NCBI GenBank assembly: GCA_050633245.1
Contig: JBOEGD010000010.1
Coordinates: 1 to 64,000, forward strand
Reading direction: 5' to 3'
Length of the DNA: 64,000 bases
Origin: Calditrichia bacterium
GTDB lineage: Bacteria > Calditrichota > Calditrichia > RBG-13-44-9 > J075
Part shown: positions 10,484 to 18,276 of the stretch, piece by piece
Layout: each line of letters begins with the position of its first letter
Numbering within the stretch: position 1 is the stretch's first letter
The notes under the pieces: generated by a model
Databases searched by the model: none
What the model saw: only the letters and a program-made list of their open reading frames with translations
What the model was told of the DNA's origin: nothing
Position numbers and translations under genes: made by a program

Positions 10484-11334
10484 GCTACAACCTTGCGGAA
10501 ATCGTATTCCAGTATATCCCGCGCTCCCAAAGCCTTAAGCTTCGGAATTAAATTGGCGGCATCGATCTTTTTAACCGCGGCCTTCACAGAATAGCCTTCA
10601 TCATTATAAAGTGGCGAAACGGTCGGCGCTCGCATACATGGCAAAATGCGAATCACCTCTTCCAGCTGTTCCTTCGGGACGTTCATCTCTAACATAACGC
10701 GAACACGCGCATCGAGAATCGATTGAAAAAGCATCTGGATGCGCTCAACTTTAGCGCGTTTCCAATCATCTTCCAAGACAGCATGATTGGCAATAAGATG
10801 CGTTGATGACGACAGTACCTCGCCAATAACCTTCAGCTTGTTTTCAACCAGTGTGCGACCGGTAGACGAATTGTCTACAATCATATCGGCATCATCCGGT
10901 GGAAAAACTTCTGTTGCACCATGCGTACGCAGAAAGACATAATCGTAGCCTTGCTTGTCTAACCAGGCCTTGCAAATCGTTTCATATTCAGAGGCCACGA
11001 CTATCTTGCGCTTTTTTAGCTCTTTTTCATCGACTTCTTCCGGAATGGCGGCCACAATTCGCACCGGGTCGAACCCAAGCTTCATGACAGTTGCTACATC
11101 AGCGCCGGTCTCCGTTACCCAGTCAATACCGGTAAAACCAATATCGTGCGAACCCAATTCCAGCAGTGTCGGAATATTTTGCGGCTTCATAATTTTAACG
11201 CTAATTTCGTTATCACTTACGAAGGGGCGATAGCCGCGCTCATCGATATCCAAACGGATTCCAGCCTCGGCAAGAATATCCACAACCTTACGATGAATGC
11301 GGCCTTTCGGGATGACTACTCTAAGTTTTTTCAT
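10480..11334 (-). CDS. hisG: ATP phosphoribosyltransferase, long form
   Basis: IPKGRI, DIGFTGID, GATE, IVDNSSTGRTLVENKL, plus C-terminal regulatory domain (PCMRAPTVSPL). Confidence 0.96.
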   Translation of the reverse strand: MKKLRVVIPKGRIHRKVVDILAEAGIRLDIDERGYRPFVSDNEISVKIMKPQNIPTLLELGSHDIGFTGIDWVTETGADVATVMKLGFDPVRIVAAIPEEVDEKELKKRKIVVASEYETICKAWLDKQGYDYVFLRTHGATEVFPPDDADMIVDNSSTGRTLVENKLKVIGEVLSSSTHLIANHAVLEDDWKRAKVERIQMLFQSILDARVRVMLEMNVPKEQLEEVIRILPCMRAPTVSPLYNDEGYSVKAAVKKIDAANLIPKLKALGARDILEYDFRKVVA

Positions 11335-11425
11335 ATATCTTTTGCTAAGTTTTATTCATATTGAAAAGATTAAGTCGACAAATTAGCCACAAGCATTTCA
11401 ATAATAAAGCAGGAAGATTTTTACA

Positions 11426-11869
11426 ATGGTCAAAACGCTCATTACCCTAAATTTGGTATCAACGCTTGTGATGACAGGCGTAATTTGGATTGTTCAAATC
11501 GTTCATTACCCGCTATTCAAACTGGTTGGTGCAGAAAATTTTGCGCAGTATCAACAGCTTCACAGCAAGTACATCACGTTCATTGTTATGCCGCTAATGC
11601 TCATTGAATTAATCACTGCTTCGATACTGGCTGTCGTCCCTCCAAAGGGAATGCCGCAAGAAATGCTTTGGCTTGGCCTTGCTCTGGTCTTGGTTGTATG
11701 GGGAGCAACATTTTTCTTCTCGGTTCCACAGCACGCCATACTTAGCCGCGGCTTCGATGTCGATGCACATAATACGCTGGTAAGCACAAACTGGATCCGC
11801 ACGATCGCCTGGACGATCCGCACGGGATTGGTTATTTGGTTGGTGGGGGAATACTTTGGGGCATGGTGA
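11426..11869 (+). CDS. Small four-TM membrane protein of unknown function
   Basis: 147 aa, four hydrophobic segments, WIVQIVHYP and NWIRT motifs; AGGAAG upstream. Confidence 0.75.
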   Translation: MVKTLITLNLVSTLVMTGVIWIVQIVHYPLFKLVGAENFAQYQQLHSKYITFIVMPLMLIELITASILAVVPPKGMPQEMLWLGLALVLVVWGATFFFSVPQHAILSRGFDVDAHNTLVSTNWIRTIAWTIRTGLVIWLVGEYFGAW

Positions 11870-11870
11870 A

Positions 11871-11905
11871 AAAAGTGAAAAGGCAAAAGTGAAAAGGCAA
11901 AAGTG
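11871..11905. repeat. Heptamer tandem repeat AAAAGTG/AAAAGGC x5
   Basis: Five alternating 7-mers starting 1 nt after the stop of 11426..11869; reverse complement of the tract at 12385-12426. Confidence 0.92.
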
Positions 11906-11917
11906 AGTCAGCAAATA

Positions 11918-12277
11918 TTAACGTGTCGATCTAATTAGCCCGGTTAGCATCGCAAAAAGCGAGTTTAATCGGGAGTTGATCTTCTGCTGCTCACGAGAGT
12001 TTATATAGCCAAATCGTATCGCCAGCTCCAACTGAGTATCCAGCTCAACCAGGGAACTTCTCGCAATAACAAAAAAACGCTTTCTGTCATTTGGAGTTGG
12101 ACGAGATGCTCCCTCTGAGATATTTGATAGAACTGATAACATTGTTCGATTACTGTGTTTCGTCAGTTCATATTTCTCTTCCGATGGAAAACGACTTGTA
12201 ATTTGCTTTAAGTATTCTGCAAACAACATTCCTTGTTGCCAAACATCCAAAGACTTATGATTTAATTATAACAACAT
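11918..12277 (-). pseudogene. Four-helix-bundle protein (IVP/TIGR02436, bAvd-like) with in-frame TAA at codon 4
   Basis: AAGAGG RBS, then ATG(12277) TTG TTA TAA TTA AAT CAT AAG TCT TTG GAT GTT TGG = MLL*LNHKSLDVW; body has FP-x-EEKYEL, SNISEG, RFFVIARSSLVELDTQL. Confidence 0.8.
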
Positions 12278-12384
12278 TCGAAGCCTCTTTTACATATTCT
12301 TCTCAGATGCTTCTAAAATTTTGAAAAGCAGATCAACAAATCATCATTAGACATGCTTGGAAGTTTACTCGTTCAACGTTTGTC

Positions 12385-12426
12385 TTTTCATACCTTACGT
12401 CTCACTTTTCACGTTTCACTTTTGAC
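12385..12426. repeat. Degenerate heptamer tandem repeat (consensus KTTTCAC) x6
   Basis: ttttcat accttac gtctcac ttttcac gtttcac ttttgac, ending 3 nt from the stop of 12430..12882. Confidence 0.8.
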
Positions 12427-12429
12427 TTC

Positions 12430-12882
12430 TTACACACCAAATTGCCTCAAATGATGATCCAAATGTTTGGAAAATGAGACGTTCCATTCATCTTTTGTCA
12501 GCGGTCCGAAGGAGTGGGATTCTTTATTGTGGAAATGAGATTCGCCTAATTCCTGAGTCTTTCGGATATAGTCTATAAGACGCTTTTTTTCAGCTTCGAA
12601 ATCTTTATCGGCACCAACCAAAAACTGCGGTGCTGTGCGTCCATTTTGGGAGTATGGCTTAGGACCAACAACTGCACTTTTTATAAACATTTTCAGGAAA
12701 AAGCGACCGAATGCTCCTGGTTTGGGGTATTTATCGGTGTAGACCATCTCATAGGCGACAGAGCAATGTGCCAGCATTTCGGCGACGTTCATTTTACCCC
12801 ATTCCGGCTTCGTTTCAGCGGTGAGATTGTTAATTCTGGCGATCATTTCTTCTGTGTCCTGCTTGTTGAATAGATTTTTCAT
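12430..12882 (-). CDS. DUF1569 / DinB-like protein
   Basis: WGKMNVAEMLAHC, HSFGPLT...W...KHLDHHLRQFGV. Confidence 0.85.
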   Translation of the reverse strand: MKNLFNKQDTEEMIARINNLTAETKPEWGKMNVAEMLAHCSVAYEMVYTDKYPKPGAFGRFFLKMFIKSAVVGPKPYSQNGRTAPQFLVGADKDFEAEKKRLIDYIRKTQELGESHFHNKESHSFGPLTKDEWNVSFSKHLDHHLRQFGV

Positions 12883-13033
12883 CGGTGTTAACCTTTCAAT
12901 AGTACTGCGTATTTGCGAATCGTCTCCGACTGCATCCTGCAGATCAAAAACAGTATTTGCTTCCCCGACTAAAAAATAGTTCGCAATTTCAATAAGGTCA
13001 AGGTGAATTGTAGAGGCAGCGGGCAGAATTTAA

Positions 13034-13084
13034 ATTGGACAATGGACAATGGACAATCATAAATAATCATTCATAAATAATCAT
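13034..13084. repeat. AATGGAC x3 followed by TCATAAATAATCAT x2
   Basis: Read directly: 13034-13054 and 13057-13084. Confidence 0.8.
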
Positions 13085-13147
13085 TTCCCGTCCGATAATC
13101 TATCTCGTAATAATGGACTATTACATTTTTAGGGAAAGGGATTTGCT

Positions 13148-13399
13148 ATGGACCGGGAAAGGACTCCCGCAGCAGAAGACGCATACAAGATGTTGCGCAA
13201 CAGTATTGATCAATCGAAAAAAATTCAGGAGTCGCTGGAAATACTGCATAGCGACGATGAAGACCTGGATGAAGAATTAGAACACATTGAAGAGCATACT
13301 GGTTCGCTAATCAAGACGCTCGGACAGACACTATTATCCGCCAAGCGCTTTGAGGAGGCAATGTTGCGATTTGGTCGCATAACGCGCGACGAGGAATAA
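13148..13399 (+). CDS. Hypothetical acidic helical protein
   Basis: 83 aa ORF with purine-rich RBS (AGGGA), helical/acidic composition, converges on the next gene with a 1-nt gap. Confidence 0.6.
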   Translation: MDRERTPAAEDAYKMLRNSIDQSKKIQESLEILHSDDEDLDEELEHIEEHTGSLIKTLGQTLLSAKRFEEAMLRFGRITRDEE

Positions 13400-13400
13400 A

Positions 13401-14282
13401 TCAAAATCGCTGTGCAGATTCCCAACCAACCATTGCCTTTTTGCGAGATGCACCCCAACGATATTGGTTGATTTCGCCAATTTTGCGAATCACGCGATGA
13501 CAGGGCACCAGGTAGGCAATGGAATTATTGGCAATTGCACTCGCCACTGCGCGCACGGCTTTTGGTTTATCGATTGCCGTCGCAATGTCCTGATAAGAGA
13601 CCAAATGACCGGACGGAATTTTTAGCAGCGCTTCCCATACCTTCATTTGAAAGTTAGTGCCGCTAAACAACACGTGTAGTGGCTTGTTATCAGGCACTTC
13701 TTTACTGTGGAAGATTTGTTCTACCATTAGACGTGTTGCAGCAGCATCTTCCAACAGCTGCGCGCCATTCCAATGTTTGCGTAGATTCGCCAGGCTTTCA
13801 GAGCGACCAATTTCCGGGGTAAGAAAAACCAGATCCGTTATTCCACGCGCGGACACTGCAATAAGGCATTCGCCAAATGGCGTAGGGTGAAAACCATAGT
13901 TGATAGTTAGCCCCACTCCACCACTACGAATTTCCCCCGGCGTTACCGCATCACACTTCACAAACAAATCGTGTAGGCGCGAAGGTCCGGTTAATCCGCT
14001 GTCCAGCGCAGCATCTAATACATTGTGCGAGTTGGTTAACAGCTTTCGCGCATGCTCACGAGTGAGAAACTGCAGAAATCGCTTTGGACTAATGCCCACC
14101 CAGCGGCTAAACAATCGCTGAAAATGATACTCGCTCATGTTAACGGCAGCGGCAACCTCGTATAATTCAGGCTGGCGTTCAATATGGGTTTCCAAAAAAT
14201 GGATCGCTCGTTCAACGCGCTGAAAATCTTCTGCAGCCTGCGAAAAGGCCATCGGTTTCTCCCTTACTGTTGCTTCAAACAT
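13401..14282 (-). CDS. AraC-HTH fused methylated-DNA--protein-cysteine methyltransferase (Ada-like, no N-terminal Zn domain)
   Basis: MSEYHFQRLFSRWVGISPKRF HTH; GTNFQMKVW, SYQDIA, VPCHRVI active site. Start ambiguous (ATG 14282 or 14252, both with RBS). Confidence 0.92.
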   Translation of the reverse strand: MFEATVREKPMAFSQAAEDFQRVERAIHFLETHIERQPELYEVAAAVNMSEYHFQRLFSRWVGISPKRFLQFLTREHARKLLTNSHNVLDAALDSGLTGPSRLHDLFVKCDAVTPGEIRSGGVGLTINYGFHPTPFGECLIAVSARGITDLVFLTPEIGRSESLANLRKHWNGAQLLEDAAATRLMVEQIFHSKEVPDNKPLHVLFSGTNFQMKVWEALLKIPSGHLVSYQDIATAIDKPKAVRAVASAIANNSIAYLVPCHRVIRKIGEINQYRWGASRKKAMVGWESAQRF

Positions 14283-14511
14283 AGACAAATTCCTCCGCTT
14301 TCTCAATTGCTTTTGAGAAGGATAGCTATTGCAAAGCCTTTATTCCACCCGATTCTTGCGATGTTAAATGTCTATTGGTTTATTTTGTGAAGTTAAAATC
14401 ACGCCCGTATTCTCGCTTTACCGATGTACATTTTGGCAACCCATTGCTCTTAATGATGGAATAGTTACCTACCAAATAAGATGAAAAAGCCACTTCAGGT
14501 TCATTTTTTAC

Positions 14512-14561
14512 TTGACAAAATCGCGGGTAGGGATTACTTTGTTAGTATGGCGAACAAAGTA
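14512..14561 (+). promoter_or_regulatory. Sigma70 promoter overlapped by a palindromic operator (probable ROK repressor site)
   Basis: TTGACA(14512-17)-17 nt-TACTTT(14535-40); perfect inverted repeat TACTTTGTT-N9-AACAAAGTA (14535-14561). Confidence 0.8.
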
Positions 14562-14844
14562 GCATTCATGCTGCAGATTGTATTTTTCAAACCTGCAGGT
14601 AGAGTGTTGCACAATCATTTCGACGAATGGGTGAATACAACCAAGATCAGGATATTCTTAACCGGCCGCATAGCCGATCTGCCTAAGGGCACTAGCATCA
14701 CATTGTTGAAATCGTTCACTATTTTTATTTTGTTGAGTCGCTACAAACTGCATCTCGGAAAACAAAATTCCCGTGCATCCTCTAACTGTTTACTTCAAGT
14801 GGGACCGGGAATAACACACAACACAAACTATTTAGGAGGCTCTC

Positions 14845-17800
14845 ATGATTTCAGCTCGAGTCCCATCAAACCGGTTCGTCGCTGGACTCTGGTTTGCCGC
14901 AGTCGCGGCACTATTCCTGCTCGTTACACCAGCGGGGGCCACCGGACAAGTCGACAAAGTAGAAGTTATTGCAGATAATACAGGCAGCAGGCTACAGGTT
15001 GATGGAAAAGATTTCATGGTTATTGGGATGAATTGGGATTTTTTTCCACGAGGCACCAATCATACCTATAGCCTTTGGAGTCAGCCAGATGATGTTATAG
15101 AAGCAGCTCTTACCCGTGAGATGTCCCTGTTGAAAGGGATGGGCGTTAATGCAATTCGTCAGTATCAAGGCGTGCAGCCCCGCTGGGTACAATGGATTTA
15201 TGAGCGCTATGGAATCTATACGGTGCTGAATCACGCTCTTGGTCGCTACGGCGTCACTCTAAACGGCGTGTATATTCCTTCGACCGACTATTCTGACCCC
15301 GCACAGCGAAAGCTTATTACCGATGAAGTAACCGCAATGGTAACGGAGTTTAAGGATACGCCCGGCGTATTGATGTGGCTGCTGGGTAATGAGAACAACT
15401 ACGGCTTATTCTGGAGTTCCGCCGAGACCGAAGCATTGCCTGCAGGTGAGCAGCGTGACGAGGCTCGTGCCTCACACCTGTATTCACTATATAGCGATGT
15501 CGCCGTAGCAATTAAAAAGATCGACACTCTCAGACCCGTGTCTATGGCAAATGGCGATCTGCAGTATATTGATCTAATCGCCAAAAACAAGAAGGGCATC
15601 GACATATTCGGAACCAACGTCTACCGCGGAATTTCCTTTGGCGATTTATTTGCAGAAGTTAAAGAGAAGCTTGGCCTGCCGGTATTTTTCACCGAATTTG
15701 GAGCGGATGCGTATAATGCCAAAGAGCTAAGGGAAGATCAGCTTACTCAGGCTTACTACCTCATTGGTCAGTGGAAAGAAATATACGAGGAGACCAGTGG
15801 AAAAGGCGGTGTTGGTAATTCAATCGGCGGACTGACTTTTCAGTTCAGCGACGGCTGGTGGAAATATAAGCAGGATAGCGATCTGGACATTCATAATACG
15901 TTTGCAGGCTGGCCAAACAAGGCCTATCCGGAAGATTATGTAGAAGGCCAGGGTAATATGAATGAGGAGTGGTGGGGCATCTGCGCTAAGGGTCCGACTG
16001 ACGCTGGTGGCCTTTACGAACTGTATCCTCGCGCCGCTTACTATGCGCTGCAGAAGGTGAATACGCTGAATCCTTATGCACCGGGCGTAGACAAGGAAGC
16101 AATTAACGAACATTTCTCTAATATACAGCCGATGGTCTCACTGCTCTCTGCTCGTGGCGATAAGGCCGCACTCGAGGGCGCAGCAACCCAGCGCCTACGC
16201 GTTAGCGGCGTTCGCATGGAAATCGAGACCATTAGCACCGGTGGAGATCGCATCAGCACTCCGGAAGTTGCAGACTCTGACAACAATGATTCACCCTCAT
16301 TTCAGGGATTCGATCATATGGAGTCCTACTACGTAGGCCTTGAGGCAAATCCAGCTGGTAATGTGAGTGCAAAAGTCTCGTTTAATATTCTGGGTAATGT
16401 GGCGGAAAATGCTATTGACGAAATTTTCTACGAAAACCGCGGCCGTTCCCGTAGGGTATTGACGGAAGATGAAACCGTGACGTTTAGCGGTATCGAACGC
16501 CTGAAAGTATATCAGGCAGAGCTTACCTGGGAAGAGAAGCTGTTCAGTCTGCAGGGTTTCTATCGAACCGGTCATTATCATTGGGGTTATGAAGGAGACT
16601 TCTTTGGCCTCTATCCCGAAGCAAACTACGGTCCAAATATCGACATTTATAATGGTGATGCGCCGCTGGGTGTAGAAATCACAGGTAAAAATATGTTCAA
16701 GGGACTGAAGGTTGCTTTCGGACCAGAACTCTGGTGGGGAGCGAATCCGACCGTGTTGGTAAAATATCAGCGCAAGGTTGGTCCGTTCGAGACCACCGCA
16801 ATTTACCAGGAAGACCTCGATGCACAGGGATCTACGGTTAGCTCATTCGCCGTTCCGCTACCACCTACGCGCAGAGCGACTCTGCACCTGGAGACGAAAC
16901 GAGGGCCAATCGGAATTGAACTTGGCGGTATCTGGTCTGGTAATACCAAGATTGATGAAACATTTCAGATAGTCGATGAAGCAACCGGCGATGTGTTTCA
17001 GGATCAAATAAAAGACTCCGACACTTTTGGTGGAAAGATTAAACTGACAGCCACTCGTGGCAAATGGAGCTGGTATGGCCAGGGAGCACTGATGGGACTG
17101 GTTGCCGATGGCGGTGTGAATCCCACGCTTACCTATACCGGCTGGAGACTTAAAGACAGTGGAACGGGTAACCAAATGAATGTGTTAACCGGTATATCGG
17201 CCCGTTTCGGAAGCTGGGAGATATCACCTAACTTTCTCTGGCAAAAGCCAATTGAAGGCCCGATTCCGAACGATGTAAACGCCCCCGGTCGCCCACGCAA
17301 TATTCTTGATGATCCTTTTGCCGTACGTGGAAACCGCGAGACAACTGCTGGTGAGCTGTTGGTTACTTATGACCCGACACCTGCAACCTGGATGTATTCC
17401 TGGGATAGTGACATAAAAGAAGACGCGCGACTAGCCTATACGCTTGGTTTCGTCTTTCGACAGCAGGAAACGACGCGTGATGCTGCTATCGGAATCTTTG
17501 CTGATGGACGCAATACCTTTGCCTTTCCCGGTGCCCCTCCGGCACGAGATCTTTGGGAAGCCTATGGACGCTTTATCTCGAAGATTAAGCCAGGTGTGGG
17601 TATAATTGCCAATCTATTTGCAGGAGAAGGTGAGCCAAATGGCAGTGATGAAAGACTTATTGAGCGTTTTGGTGGAGATATACGTTTCGCGTTAGGCTCG
17701 ATAAAACTGCAAACATCTGCCAAAATAAATGATTGGGGTCCATACGATTATCATCGTGACTTTAACCTGACCTATCCGCTGCAGCTTGGCGCTGATATTT

Positions 17801-18018
17801 CAAACGTCTTGGGCAAACCGGGCTGGTTTGATATGCCGCAAACACGCCTTGGCATTCGCTTTAACTATCGTACGCTGGATGAGTTCTCGCCACGCTACTG
17901 TCCGGGTGAATCCGTGAATGCAGGCGGCGTTCTGGAGTGCGACCCGACGATTGCCAGTGCATCAAATGGCAACGAATGGGAAATCCGCACTTATCTACAT
18001 TTGAACCTCGGTATGTAA
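14845..18018 (+). CDS. Clan GH-A (GH2-like TIM barrel) glycoside hydrolase with a long C-terminal probable outer-membrane beta-barrel
   Basis: Signal peptide; MWLLGNENN (acid/base) and FFTEFGAD (nucleophile); residues ~450-1057 are successive amphipathic beta-strands; AGGAGG RBS. Confidence 0.75.
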   Translation: MISARVPSNRFVAGLWFAAVAALFLLVTPAGATGQVDKVEVIADNTGSRLQVDGKDFMVIGMNWDFFPRGTNHTYSLWSQPDDVIEAALTREMSLLKGMGVNAIRQYQGVQPRWVQWIYERYGIYTVLNHALGRYGVTLNGVYIPSTDYSDPAQRKLITDEVTAMVTEFKDTPGVLMWLLGNENNYGLFWSSAETEALPAGEQRDEARASHLYSLYSDVAVAIKKIDTLRPVSMANGDLQYIDLIAKNKKGIDIFGTNVYRGISFGDLFAEVKEKLGLPVFFTEFGADAYNAKELREDQLTQAYYLIGQWKEIYEETSGKGGVGNSIGGLTFQFSDGWWKYKQDSDLDIHNTFAGWPNKAYPEDYVEGQGNMNEEWWGICAKGPTDAGGLYELYPRAAYYALQKVNTLNPYAPGVDKEAINEHFSNIQPMVSLLSARGDKAALEGAATQRLRVSGVRMEIETISTGGDRISTPEVADSDNNDSPSFQGFDHMESYYVGLEANPAGNVSAKVSFNILGNVAENAIDEIFYENRGRSRRVLTEDETVTFSGIERLKVYQAELTWEEKLFSLQGFYRTGHYHWGYEGDFFGLYPEANYGPNIDIYNGDAPLGVEITGKNMFKGLKVAFGPELWWGANPTVLVKYQRKVGPFETTAIYQEDLDAQGSTVSSFAVPLPPTRRATLHLETKRGPIGIELGGIWSGNTKIDETFQIVDEATGDVFQDQIKDSDTFGGKIKLTATRGKWSWYGQGALMGLVADGGVNPTLTYTGWRLKDSGTGNQMNVLTGISARFGSWEISPNFLWQKPIEGPIPNDVNAPGRPRNILDDPFAVRGNRETTAGELLVTYDPTPATWMYSWDSDIKEDARLAYTLGFVFRQQETTRDAAIGIFADGRNTFAFPGAPPARDLWEAYGRFISKIKPGVGIIANLFAGEGEPNGSDERLIERFGGDIRFALGSIKLQTSAKINDWGPYDYHRDFNLTYPLQLGADISNVLGKPGWFDMPQTRLGIRFNYRTLDEFSPRYCPGESVNAGGVLECDPTIASASNGNEWEIRTYLHLNLGM

Positions 18019-18070
18019 ACAGCTTTTTATTGAAGCGTTTTAATAAAAAAATTGTTACTTTGTAAACTAC

Positions 18071-18107
18071 TACGCGATGATGCGAGACTTGCATCATCGC
18101 GTATTTT
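18071..18107 (+). terminator. Intrinsic terminator/hairpin
   Basis: TACGCGATGATGC-gagactt-GCATCATCGCGTA followed by TTTT. Confidence 0.75.
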
Positions 18108-18276
18108 CTGTTAGAGAAGAAGAACTTCATATATTTTTAGGACATTTCGATACTAACTATAAGCTGAGAAGAATCATTGCGGGCTTGCTATTACCTTAAG
18201 AATAACGCACTGACCGGCGCAAGGCTGCGACCGGTTTTCATTTTCAACCTGGCTGAGACAGTTGAGAGGACTTCAA

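Noticed and set aside
11918-12277. Diversity-generating retroelement (because of the Avd-like fold)
   Set aside because: No reverse transcriptase and no TR/VR pair differing at adenines was seen in the window.
14330-14370. Possible Ada-box-like site (GCAAG) upstream of the methyltransferase
   Set aside because: Match is too short, and the protein lacks the N-terminal Zn-binding Ada activation domain.
14481-14978. 165-aa ORF upstream of the GH-barrel gene
   Set aside because: Spans the promoter/operator, overlaps the real gene out of frame, and has no recognisable motif.
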